A stretch of DNA of 64,000 bases, taken from positions 92,150-156,149 of the forward strand of contig JAUYMS010000042.1 of NCBI GenBank assembly GCA_030698625.1, written 5' to 3'. The stretch is from Candidatus Omnitrophota bacterium (GTDB taxonomy: Bacteria; Omnitrophota; Omnitrophia; Omnitrophales; Aquincolibacteriaceae). A program made the position numbers and the translations under genes. The notes under the pieces are model-generated. The model ran no database searches. It had not been told where the DNA came from and worked only from the letters and a program-made list of their open reading frames with translations. Below are positions 63,101-64,000 of this stretch, in pieces; the first letter of the stretch is position 1, and each line of letters begins with the position of its first letter.

Positions 63101-64000
63101 GCGAACGACCGTGGCTAATCGATTTGAAAGGCGCGGGGCGTAGCGGTGGAACCGGATATTGACGGGCCGGCCGCCGGAATCATTAAAGGTCGCGGTACCA
63201 AACTCGCCCGCGAGCTCCACTACCGCCTGCTCGACGCCCATTGCGGCGAGTTGCGCATCGGAGGCATAGGTCAGCGGCAGGCGATTCCCTTCGACCGTTC
63301 CGAAAGAGCCGTCACCGAAATATTGCGGGGTTTCATATTTGCCTTCAAACCGGCGAATCCATTCCTGAGCCAGCGCTTTCCCGCTCTCGCCATAAATTTC
63401 CACGAGCGCATCTTCGATACCGCCGTAAACTTGTTGGCGATCATAAATGCGTATGTCGCGAAACCACAGCGGATCGATATCACGCTTGCGGCGCTTGCTA
63501 TAGACGTCCTCTTCGTGGCTCAAGAGCGAAAACACGAAGTCCGCGGTCTCCAGGGCCTTGAAGGTGCGCGCCGTAATCAAATGCAATGCGTCGTCGGTAT
63601 TGTTGGCAACCCAGTCCCCCGATTCGAGACTGGCACCATTCTCGAAACCGTCGATACCGCCCTTCACGTCCTCACTACCGATCGCTTTTTTACCGTTTAG
63701 CTCGTAATAGACCGTGAGAATCTTAATCATTTGCCGTTTCATGAGGCTTGATTGCTGTGTCGCCATCCAGGAAGTCTGGGCAGGGTAGGGATTCCGGAGA
63801 AGGCCGGTTTCGTCGGCACCGTTGATTTCGACAACGTCTTCGAGATACTCAAGCGAAAACATGTCAAGACCGCGCGCGCGGCCTAATTCATAAGGCTTCG
63901 CGACATAGTCCGCCCTGAGGCCGTGCAAGACCCGGAGATTATCGTAAATTTGAGCCACTGCCGGACTGTGCCCGAGGCTTTTCGGCACCACCAGGACAAA
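36140..64000 (-). CDS. Giant multi-enzyme protein, 5' partial (>=9283 aa in window; the frame is still open at nt 64000).
   Basis: A single stop-free minus-strand frame of 27,852 nt ends at TAA 36140..36142. Sense codons FVL precede the first in-window GTG at 63991, so the N-terminus lies beyond the window. The translation contains recognisable catalytic motifs of more than 12 enzyme families and nine RSELR motifs (see the other features listed here). Confidence 0.92.
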   Translation of the reverse strand, partial: FVLVVPKSLGHSPAVAQIYDNLRVLHGLRADYVAKPYELGRARGLDMFSLEYLEDVVEINGADETGLLRNPYPAQTSWMATQQSSLMKRQMIKILTVYYELNGKKAIGSEDVKGGIDGFENGASLESGDWVANNTDDALHLITARTFKALETADFVFSLLSHEEDVYSKRRKRDIDPLWFRDIRIYDRQQVYGGIEDALVEIYGESGKALAQEWIRRFEGKYETPQYFGDGSFGTVEGNRLPLTYASDAQLAAMGVEQAVVELAGEFGTATFNDSGGRPVNIRFHRYAPRLSNRLATVVRNSKVRSELRSDDDTQIFYKGIKYEVDVEGKIRYEENGELVPEEEVQRLLREEDEEFIEQLEKAARIRARGEQLLVDEAEKVFRTDESVYDSITVTQLMPSDYDEPDQVNVKIQQALDRYAKAFPIAENRRSFRVEVEPDEDLGQSINIIPNEESDGSLVDQAASRNLFRAFRFYLQGLLGSERDLDILYEFEKSQLRFQVGDDKFFEPRDILRDIKDARKTISEEARTYLFDNGARKFLRYLDDDLLADFKLAVTHYFYEYGQTPGLVMARYFNLLYLIENDESVQKRIEGFRSLREYLKFFNIFIGRYRVLHTGEKRFEKEKLPVPRLTVTDEDMEVSEAEDLDAFTDEVGRRGEEDKVLMFKQAFERHSHGRQLQGAKRAVRYFVVIGYKGKVYMTYKSISHSQIAEEGQAGQWKRLEGFMVDGGGHPYWIVKTLNEAGDDLHPTLAGQIQKRITNGDIATVPASGWDDVRDWVFKLDLAVNANGEFVRLRDTARGTGITPTGLELHKRRYAVPWWFAQAREQHDLQEAEILVGRVANPRIQERSSVVREGRFKLSSVALTVQELESGEVEIVEDEGTRHYVGKFPADPALHVGYREEQESARVTVGRYTDRDIVMYQGDVSRDHAAVRIVGHKLLIGDIGTHQRGSSNGTLVWIAGSGWYGPIDYIRPSSDRWVELPLYRVEVKAAAKPVVEALPADEPELPLRELINSAREDLALVDISIYLPSRAGGSGTMTYVTTVPEWYAENGIESAVVSTALKGTKPEEFPFDVSLIELDEVPLFDAHPTMPKTVAFKDMSEEQLEAYALAAVKVVRERVAAILERSPDKKIVLNAHHGGVLALAAASVAEEINNKSEEKKIFFGIHGHNMEIIFDEDFPEHVKHVFRKAVGLADYFVAITPDHAEKAKALYGLPDEKIIVIPHGVDTEFFDPDKLAGAQKLPKALLEIDRPKSDVLLYVGRMVEGKGVVETIDGFETYARTAGRDTYLVLAGAGGGKYQRKVRARIRRLPEALRDKVIFLGFVPQTKLPQLYGFADALIHMSEDEVLTRVILEAWAMGKPVIATDIPGIRASFDPRYAERPFPISDLGMLVNADRRDFDVAMGIKNVLSRAEAGQFNSRIMRNHVIANFSKDRTLRNNLELYHKTAGTMPERSELRTEQQDELLPDKPVAEPPLRVAPIKAFKDYPAPAKWWLRFYRIFVRYFVRLTGIENLPEGDNYIIAANHISTLDGLVLVTELYLRTGRLPLFVARPSEVGKLQQVLIRKGLAIEVDENVRWEGVAGLEFPADQVAAILKDYPQKPHFIASLHAGSQVYDLRKPDMIREAGILPGDALTMTLLGNGAERAMRDILLLLRAESLSGKQLQEAVAGPSGTFDKVQAAVRAGESLAFFPLGRAEIQPGAMIDEWKRDWHGTFARIAVNEGRFVIPTQISGETRIVTFFARWRAARARYVLAKRKYKIKAKKGRAAGEDRHELDKRSKVLREKRGEFFSQLFSRLSPLSLRIHLGRPIDPRGREAEEVFEETVEQIAEGLTGATINGITFEPRSAEPAAVAVTDYNELREHLRRLRDQKGRPVEVLVGVGTQGGIDLALRGPLATWTEVDWARRALQEGLAKYYVYVPAGAGRFGKKPPRVWTLSAESRFFKPRVVTLRRKYWTAAFEALLGAETFVAVHERAFLKSGPSWAWSRTWPFLSRIAPPRVLSENLGQHTDRLRRLFEAYDLKLSDDAVYLKPEESFAPAEYAEALSAHLHDLARTISDLRYLRRARREMDRAGALTVDEVLDRQAFRIYSRFAPRPDSHPTSAEAMLARLEPGTVIDVRAPDRDAAQLFIFTGRTLKGSAAEGEEEVLHFAPYVPYGSSPAPHLPVAQSRLTDVFEPSRTVILPSTSLFQARGPSPIEISDGSQRSELRVEWQRDLLADHRLLYRTSQEILAGLTAPMAPSQARVIQVNLGRRQVGPNIYFNFGAHLSGKVQFLNQHIADGDFFVRTMVSPDLRNVLFIGYRHNSDHVILMSKGGATETLAIPSTGRISLKTLTKQPLSKVFMKNVLRNYYDNADNRLSYLRAQLTREINVRTVGDSARHIIYPDARLNFVLPNFGRDKWTNLRPVRVGESGPTGQHPTALLMKTTTEDFPDLLAKTVIPNYLFVPVLDEVRVYDEKRLLAIHSENKVREYDERGRETVRERTAELGAKQISVSFGSVLARSPYAVANDIRIAFWRLRDEASRVERVIDLREGLTRRIFKVSGLSSELMRDFRSVLDGKAFARFDKQLGELVRAMRYGREEYATHLKQTFELVRKELALSVDPRARTMSAFLEQHGREIVGIAMPTRRELSEVAISPETNLQSEELRKKREIVEMIEELNVLLSDEDVLPKELYGEQSLYAFMIFRRLAGIEYDDSMHEGVLEPIVRQMLKIATAYPELYPDGHLPPESLQATTHPRHVHNRVRFIKHLRMASEGYGGEDTAITIHPFLRYMLTMLGLRMEVPELAREAVLLSGHFKGLTRDERIALVNSLFERVLVERGRIPVRRVVVEALGNLGADLDEENRNRMISKLKLVYEEPEADPIVQYAILKALARLDDFTIIERLLYQEDPTVNRGLLIRALRELGEVRTPQVFDFLVKAIDFTEDDGLVHAALRAMREQRSGAAVEFLTRVTFGDDKVMRDYALGELSKADFRAAGVLAVHNLNADPARFAQTQLDDAIVESVHVITNFLRAYQSERLTPKEEDLAVSILEALAKFESPEPLLEINPDIYVVLIRWADYVSKTERSVDVRMAAQKAFDRLSAPLDTVENRDTLHIRTAARYLNHLSKRDLRDDQIALVVEAMETLAEYSDPIRMLEVSPDVLYTLTVYYDHPVARIRHAARRAFEAIGDPIIEKTISLDETLPLEGMPSLGMIQAAFPTEEELDAVDDEALTERFLATKRQIIANLKSIEQKIRDGVIQPYATLRVHEGQAMSASKPQSQVHLGVFGGTFDPTHWGHVAFALRVMDELNLDGIVFFPMGDIEGYKEAKSPAGNRYFMAHQTADLFRPLFHSSPLGVSHPEWGSATLGLNLFELNPGVSLELSVLAASDSLESSARNVQRALTEINLSWDNFQKVSLVTTERRDFPLAEAATTLEITQRRGEVSRGVVAGISHDLPVYVVGRETGGISSTEVRDNPKAKIFVPRTVAEHMTRRKLYPFPAAPARGPTSDLDRLLSKLNRTAFLTEREAIFREIRELAGIESVNVVLKTPHGPRRELTVPWSEHPGLRSAVVERLAHFSFNLLIDNHSTSLQVEVTHGRDTEKQITAGIEAHLHRTHTDRLSFAMPEVSPVNVQAASDADEGPRKVKQEQQLPGLIEPYPEGLFIGVDVGAYSIKLAALKDGRIVREEVQRHKGIIGGAVFVGEVADVVQKFVESFGEEPKRVVVLLPGQNDGYENRNFGFLDRFWTDDDRQRARGLYDKLKEFLGDVPLNLFNDVQGVAAGIVKENPTIFEPGTGTANVLWWGTGVGRAVIRNGSVVLDSVYRGMTLTGQTSPIGKMAGRPEHIQYFAGTPILQQRAKALGFEAEFEGLSIEPLMTAAVLGWAKREKGSPLTNDEVIAARLMDKAAEAMAEHIIESTRINGIAMWVLGGGNLQGDFGATFHEKIGGQIRRKDSDSSYTLKASDHGRELGARGAAYTAAALEQTQGRYFIAMRSELRVDDDQVPEPGVSRDGTRAAGRQWVFASAVIAAAAAALTAAQIAGLWLPLTALGVIITGFAILSAEARLNRWLYQKVSQHYMNLGRPIPVASWIDRWRRAPGFIAVPEEDGLISDFNLALKGPLSFRESWLFLLIKIGSRIHVTLESRLLRSKVTSLNFIRFNLLTLTKILSFPFAMAAAALESVVSSNESRNRPTGESHWYPMMPRERLRERQDEKKMLPEIQAFDRGVIELAGRTLTENGASGIFIMVPTYRYSPNTKNVVSNIAEGIQKHYPGRKATILLTGESERATEFADMLEESQSRVPENEDVHVVGHVKPDRFRGKGWSLRAGLLMARILFPKEADRPGVFLILDDDIRNTTPEWIPAFLEPLYQDKDLTVSSYSARKYEDDDRSLKDHFVTPFFSAWVGKRLLEAEGEYGIRQGALLDALLDDYSIWSYAFPEFFFIPKATKLGKQMQGINIKVKEHDWVPHPYNRFPNYVQAFFDFTLRQPWLADQDELTEVVRHDIEGIRTEEFINIEPERFLENFRFEFPQERETYEGLVPAATFQKLSALAAEGSSFESAGRFSAREWAEVVFLFLEAYRDSHPDRRRGLAPALTPLLKLRIASFTHEVQSENLPFAEVKRRLNLQTDEFVRRRDIFLVHEYEKSLSRFRGAKTIGKKHQAIAHLGLSMARKDLITVRLTIRHTQGSLGQEEVVVPRRLFTDANQELLDYFGGLLAYQAELRGMRAVDVELSGDLDISEDSLRTAIRTHFESVYQTPAYHANFSQPVAWGADAVQGTEGYDYKPKKPSRSKDGIAIGVDLSADSIRVLAFDGEEPIYTQEISVRRLEGRIGEGVRTVLLDTARHIGISDRELQSMAITVGVPGLVHPEGIILDLPQLGRDHPDAQESLEELKSEYPHLTFENSANLAGLYQGRDIAHGLFVQTTFRTGLGLSILNDGELIASPLEAHLKYDFSGDSDFCRCGLQGDLYTVSSPIGMIESLQKRLAAESGANPLPERIRKNIQEMKTAADVPRIIRQLEELLENPSEAVRDYTRQIFVEMGRGLGSLYAEIARVYDEDKLTVHRAGWISRDLVHDAVSAGIQDYLTNEAPQVAIEDLSGKIPSSNISDSWHGAAAAALLGSRIQLGAEIQVVVTEKIPRKMLVTGGTGVLGNGLVKHFLAEGHDVQVLVRTDSPRAENLPEHENLKRVDGDLLSNASLSRLTEDNDIVYLAGAMTEKTAQRAEDEAVVIAVNGFSADRVVRLRDRAGRTEKSRVVFISSQVVYWTGGQITAVLDESMIPVPPKEVNDWINQVIAEYEARQEEFDADDDLHETLVKWLEQFIRSHPIPAEVYPYKLAKMIGERLLEKRDNVVIVRPTSFFGKKDTSSNHPIPEAIRPIFKGYQGRFAGYTRDYVHLSDAVAVLEEISQLPKIIRGEHDIINIASGYNYAPADVLRAVKMLRVLSEEETSRLSVDPPSKVMNPPVFDNRRALALLGARGPHRFRRLEEGLREQLEELRRVETGQRSELRAVTFRDRFFEAQSIAVQRTLFEKNILMENHPTSVFLNGLLQRLIRTHEARVAVIDDKEENAFASAAGQIYITTGMLKILDTEEEVLAVLMHELRHIERSHRFKRGDLDPFDIYGFGIWRLNEFEADLAMLWELNQRGVNPIGALTFKRKWSARVAQKSAEEQAKGDEAMPTGAVGLDPVHGSMEMRYSNLREFVRFIHLDKLSHDVHPIDWDALRIDDTIPSEIPEGFVEDLVKAEPARFWNQFGHLVRHLSRDQWTEAVLTFLRNQNLGFDEEGENVLLLMLHDIVLHRSEGFLFPGDDEVYEVTREEFVEYFTPERVARMMEARIFERIGLPLAPEELLGLSEQAMRSAMDGKKYEEFKEAFPALAKLRQKAAEAYEQRFGDAREFLISWDTRLMGVYVRTQLIHGKAAYQIGDVEVMTRWSDTPKIERMVMFQDEIPFDAVDTNEIKTFMTEMSVNLIDAERFMERILISLDVRKIMSAQINYEVDDKEVQKLRSNMRILMNATTQHMVSQLDRRELTVMERADMILALGANVTRLAGDAGERMAQLRERSRRRPGQGGVTFDWGLFAQEATTEFSSRFEKIMEEVNAMSADDLRQALLDWYGSLDPTTDREKRMRELSEFLYGYLEAKNHWSIRFSARKNDKWRQFYMPEMKKVILLDLFRQPFRREFVSTLNRRLSTEKTGVLNQVDELMAWLEDAIARRNRAQIGESWTIGLEERSRLSSVLKGVKQKTLSRMAHLSEQGETEAMLVEAIRVVNQWGIAFVNMPRLEYEKDWRRISTSLMAQLRQKKDYPQTPEDFEGLLAVSLLSQESFSAMSLATIAFREMIKRSKDFDEAAAYLQKYSYLPRTILREGLYVLSEEKTKSHEDMEVMKKWFWEQVDRLLETGSDVMLLEIAHTLVRFIKPGDRLPFFLEAISTRQSDEGFKKYMARKWWRAFTSETMELSNIESVAHLAYYGELKARTPTLGRADSKEQEEAEENASRLDSANFEAADMIRDIRYLSMIFFDEFYPALYRLDTVVIYLMIRSIMLDGENALLYSKKAKRSLVQHFINQYVEVGKAKKARQVANDITETIATDMDAQDIFYFLGPALSQVSLQVPKDRYPNDGIEDMLFRDYVKHLETKGFEHIADEAQFPETHRLIRTRIRTFITGVRGQLRRTEDGVGLNVFFPRDVPYVHFEDAAMEKMADMNLVTERKSFSEKVSPIELAVEVSKHAGSLAVTLLQLAGMYFELSNDDQEKIADVFDAVRGMNKLQAYMILEEEAKKNPKYAPLFKGIMEWGEYVGGGSIVTVFRNVDEDGNEWADGITNPNAAYRAGELHQFGHQLLDGLIKRGKKRGAEEVKFYEFLKILLDKAKTRVESEIDDPDYHAKNKEFSAQTHHDSQRADKFRPANGLPQKLFVPGVQETHTALLRREKFVHGTSFNEFLTKVSKGETTVTAADQASAKGVVSVLVQNFFYQLFETGIVHSDIHPGQFLQMEGDWIAYLDRKNLQVLDDIDRELIRSVILNPLLENSDAAYNQVITHLLGGEQPAKAATLKHEIINRYRRKDIGGSLSAIIFHIESSGIEIPMKWVYVAKNFKALNRMARMADFGNFLDAFVYKPGAASETFTLMRGLETVPQALPRTAEWLEAELGPDWVSQLIEFASLVRSELRSPDLSDLSDGYDGPVYRLRSLRALIEDVIPERETILEVVNKWTPAIAVLGGARVPPDHPYYKLGVKLGKMLYKKGIPPRTGAGPGEMEAPMLGYLQAKKLYEMTLFFTSLFNVMTGIVLFILSPSFISVFGWMVPSLIPATLFVLLIPALILYVKYRTLPTQGIRILLPWEQTTNPYTQIVKSYERFVTRKIALHENILGSIFLPGGVGTHDELFEFWRRRRPVALLGKDFWQPLMDEFFATIEREGISEQLGYRSDPPLITDDPEEAVNFILAEAKTNPPHRTTQREVEKINEEIKQGLQTLSRQKRVVMMAGRPHRENGKLNIAEKIASYVSELDEVFIRGASTGRLYNRLRDRSKQQGWSDKFQAVLHDASENHQLREFLAADKEFFGDRHIIVDDESNHQLLMTYNAYAYVFLPGAVGTFNRLFDIVQLMQTAKVTKRPILLVGRSFWEPYLKEFETRLLRREDGLQFIAPKDMQLFRIVDEDNLGETLEYLEEEILFQRFEESIREAKAKKQLLDFDEAYYGRLHREGSSIDLKAPRRIERAKKSVHSFGFLPDTSQAKLMYSDAANLREAEALAHYLTHEKRFSKKLIGRLMRFYRGSEFIGSESELVAPQPKDLIDRGVPKVFVDFFVARGLDLADGLFLSALVDAAEIYAKKIIRERSELRAEDWPGALKRAIAANDPDEFSGLLANLREALPDSAQALIEEAFWPETRGLLDSLAKAFDAQRIATLKIIVAGLSEFEPTLANIARVRFVITEDLPQHARTDTGVGKLAAEILRALWERFIVMPLPYKPQPLPEGLSETMQEPGMIIGKRIELIREARGKKKGETASAAGIPSNTYSPVERRDALPTKSGTVLKLGEALLVDPIAFITGIEDLDEALRDLPLSERIYDLRVRLGMTQLDMVYTLREAGFVFTDRHGVPIQDEERIKEMGPTVAQWEKGAIPSPETWGIIAQVLKYPPLFEGVVWKGGTSFTGNVQTERPKPKSKKKKKKTAKSTKAFLPTTEIEKADSREPAPAVEHEVVEEFEELVFDDTTEELVPESEVKKRQEPSGETPDDSERSELRSDYVVPDIKKMLAERNIGTFHEHLLGSNPHQSTVPDDETLLDTLGIKEGDKVLTIAGYLGDWAAELSRRGADVVYTDINPGIVEWVRDNRAGNFNFAAGEDLSARFRVGDPLKEPVAKGDVDWTFSYEPLPLDPDEWPILMLRSLLNRKGLIMVSSVGESDGTGSQLTEFAKIYGLGGKISIDEFNLVESYPENDFEKRIAYVRASSGGPNSSPELSFRNGNPYTIFTLRTNPELRAKAELDIAVMEALQSFGGRGFEAMLDHVADQGFDLDAEALRDSVQRLTRFSHLLSEEYRKPVQAETQVPAFIDILKSEFADKKKLRILDVATGKGEFLIRLKALLEADGTFEFELVGNNSGFDFENRLKLDAYGIETVPGRIEEVIETGQLGEEPFDLVFLNATDGVDLRTESVRRLMSTVAPGGMLSWRFMRGFNMGENLSRYLLLEAIDLGLPYSVMNGAPEGMPVGAAQFSELVPPIFIKHSGQQFAHPYLQRRADEHAAEEFDFDDDPYRSELRSMSQMMIQAQKPTYAQKQLMKTLQLQIQKMEEEDPVPPNAAKGLRALQTADRILKERGAVGIVIGSIAPDLWNQRVQAKDLLRHKDVDVVVLSPEFKLRDDFEGGIDWWLPEQKTLKVRSAGTVSMSDIPTEFWVNANDIYLRAGIEYDVADVQPGLYLPSRDFLIDYTGRVVMNSINPRAVDIDGDVIEKFWEKLDRDLRKGLSGIWRENFNKRSRVLDAGIRVFEKFDFEVGVAIARDFIDVGRRDYEPVLEQLLGQGEIPDGSERSELRVADELLTAQGERIFHGPRAQILPRRLEEHSTEALVTLLSGLLNRAVYSERAGIMPQTTESTILTKLGQGRVVMTPRFNEKMQQQVADMGQVLIDSVWIERLIEKSPRTLYLLFRALDQFEKQHPGAKPLVGILGSDDILERVLKRAFLKRDNGIHWQEEQDAGDLFTLPRLNTLVNVVAVEHVASYVGESEAGVATLLSDRNVLPENIGTAANFIVDPQAADRGDFEGLAFLAVALLEPAKLIRGVKDPLEQAALLDQHIEDIFPNARSKGDAYLVDLGKYIEESLIREELIDISA
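37031..37045 (-). other. Giant-protein RSELR copy 9 (aa 8983-8987, SERSELRVA), about 300 aa from the C-terminus.
   Basis: Reverse complement cgc tcg gaa ttg aga, in frame. Confidence 0.85.
37847..37861 (-). other. Giant-protein RSELR copy 8 (aa 8711-8715, PYRSELRSM), after methyltransferase 2.
   Basis: Reverse complement cgc tcc gaa cta cgg. The 17-mer is shared with the copy at 2260 in the other large gene. Confidence 0.85.
37900..38470 (-). other. Class I SAM-dependent methyltransferase domain 2.
   Basis: Motif I LRILDVATGKGEFLIRL, then FDLVFLN and GGML. Confidence 0.55.
38750..39330 (-). other. Class I SAM-dependent methyltransferase domain 1.
   Basis: Motif I VLTIAGYLGDWAAELSRRG and post-I acidic residue ADVVYTDINP. 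Confidence 0.55.
39389..39403 (-). other. Giant-protein RSELR copy 7 (aa 8197-8201, SERSELRSD), before methyltransferase 1.
   Basis: Reverse complement cgg tcc gag ctg cga, in frame. Confidence 0.85.
39600..39650 (-). other. Poly-lysine linker (KPKSKKKKKKTAKSTK) encoded by an (AAG/AAA)n tract.
   Basis: Plus strand cttcttcttctttttcttggacttaggctttgg, a low-complexity charged linker between the SLOG region and the methyltransferases. Confidence 0.7.
40589..40603 (-). other. Giant-protein RSELR copy 6 (aa 7797-7801, RERSELRAE), after the second SLOG domain.
   Basis: Reverse complement cgt tct gag ctt cgg, in frame. Confidence 0.85.
41200..41700 (-). other. Second, more divergent LOG/SLOG-like domain.
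   Basis: VFIRGASTGRL and YVFLPGAVGTFNRLFDIVQL (degenerate PGGxGTxxE). Confidence 0.4.
41830..42500 (-). other. LOG/SLOG (TIGR00730-like) Rossmann domain with an inserted double-TM segment.
   Basis: AIAVLGGAR, TGAGPGEMEA and FLPGGVGTHDELFEFW (PGGxGTxxE) motifs. A hydrophobic insertion LFFTSLFNVMTGIVLFILSPSFISVFGWMVPSLIPATLFVLLIPALIL lies between them. Confidence 0.55.
42596..42610 (-). other. Giant-protein RSELR copy 5 (aa 7128-7132, LVRSELRSP), between ABC1 and SLOG.
   Basis: Reverse complement cgc tcg gag ctt cgg, in frame. Confidence 0.85.
42700..43420 (-). other. UbiB/ABC1 (aarF) atypical-kinase-like domain.
   Basis: IVHSDIHPGQFLQ corresponds to the ABC1 catalytic-loop motif HADPHPGN, with an upstream Lys-containing block. 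Confidence 0.55.
47100..47560 (-). other. HExxH zinc-metallopeptidase (M48/M56-like) domain starting immediately after RSELR copy 4.
   Basis: LAVLMHELRHIERSH is an HEXXH motif flanked by hydrophobic residues as in M48 peptidases. A third ligand, NEFEADLAM, sits about 30 residues downstream. Confidence 0.5.
47561..47575 (-). other. Giant-protein RSELR copy 4 (aa 5473-5477, GQRSELRAV), between the epimerase and the HExxH peptidase.
   Basis: Reverse complement cgc tcg gaa ctt cgt, in frame. Confidence 0.85.
47800..48690 (-). other. NAD-dependent epimerase/dehydratase (extended SDR) domain.
   Basis: KMLVTGGTGVLGNGLVKHFLAEGHDVQVLVR Rossmann motif and the later NDIVYLAGA. Confidence 0.65.
49000..49730 (-). 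other. ROK-family sugar kinase domain.
   Basis: IAIGVDLSADSIRVLAF phosphate-1 motif and the ROK zinc signature C-x-C-G-x2-G-x in FCRCGLQGDLYTV. Confidence 0.65.
50800..51500 (-). other. GT-A-fold glycosyltransferase-like domain (GT2/GpgS-like).
   Basis: GIFIMVPTYRYS, GKGWSLRAG and the acidic DxD-type motif in VFLILDDDIRN. Confidence 0.45.
51880..52030 (-). other. Transmembrane segment pair within the giant protein.
   Basis: WVFASAVIAAAAAALTAAQIAGLWLPLTALGVIITGFAILSA is strongly hydrophobic. Confidence 0.6.
52100..53110 (-). other. ASKHA-superfamily (BadF/ROK/sugar-kinase-like) ATPase domain.
   Basis: Phosphate-1 motif LFIGVDVGAYSIKLAAL and later GGG-rich motifs (WVLGGGNLQGDFG). Confidence 0.5.
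53800..54260 (-). other. HxGH nucleotidyltransferase (cytidylyl/adenylyl-transferase, NadD/TagD-like) domain.
   Basis: VHLGVFGGTFDPTHWGHVAF is the G-x-F-D-x-x-H-x-G-H signature of class I nucleotidyltransferases. Confidence 0.7.
55100..55750 (-). other. HEAT/PBS-lyase-like alpha-helical repeat region.
   Basis: Repeated about 30-aa units (VRRVVVEALGNLGAD, DPIVQYAILKALARLDD, DPTVNRGLLIRALRELGE, DGLVHAALRAMRE). Confidence 0.5.
57383..57397 (-). other. Giant-protein RSELR copy 3 (aa 2199-2203, SQRSELRVE).
   Basis: Reverse complement cgc tct gag tta aga, in frame. Confidence 0.85.
58950..59560 (-). other. Lysophospholipid/glycerol-phosphate acyltransferase (PlsC-like) domain.
   Basis: HX4D motif in YIIAANHISTLDGLVL, plus the downstream FVARPSEVG and VIPTQISG blocks. 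Confidence 0.65.
59636..59650 (-). other. Giant-protein RSELR copy 2 (aa 1448-1452, PERSELRTE), between GT4 and the acyltransferase.
   Basis: Reverse complement cgc tct gag tta aga. The 17-nt tcttaactcagagcgct is identical to copy 3. Confidence 0.85.
59720..60650 (-). other. GT4-family (GT-B fold) glycosyltransferase domain.
   Basis: KKIVLNAHHGG N-lobe and the C-lobe LLYVGRMVEGKGV ... SEDEVLTRVILEAWAMGKPVIATD (E-x7-E motif). Confidence 0.7.
61130..61330 (-). other. FHA (phosphothreonine-binding) domain within the giant protein.
   Basis: GDVSRDHAAVRIVGHKLLIGDIGTHQRGSSNGTLVWIAG matches the FHA core pattern (SR.HA.I....D.GS.NGT.VNG). Confidence 0.65.
63074..63088 (-). other. Giant-protein RSELR copy 1 (aa 302-306, KVRSELRSD).
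   Basis: Reverse complement cgg tcg gaa ttg cgc, in frame. Confidence 0.85.

Noticed and set aside
36254-63700. Dozens of plus-strand ORFs of 60-300 aa (for example 51848..52768, 58820..59584, 59675..60376) inside the giant-gene span.
   Set aside because: They lie antisense to, and entirely within, a continuous 27.9-kb coding frame with clear enzyme motifs. They are low-complexity, Arg/Pro-rich, GC-frame artefacts.
1-64000. Search for tRNA, rRNA, CRISPR repeats or IS-element terminal repeats.
   Set aside because: No cloverleaf-compatible segments, no regularly spaced direct repeats and no transposase-like ORFs were seen. The only repeat structure is the palindromic element at 19.1-19.6 kb.
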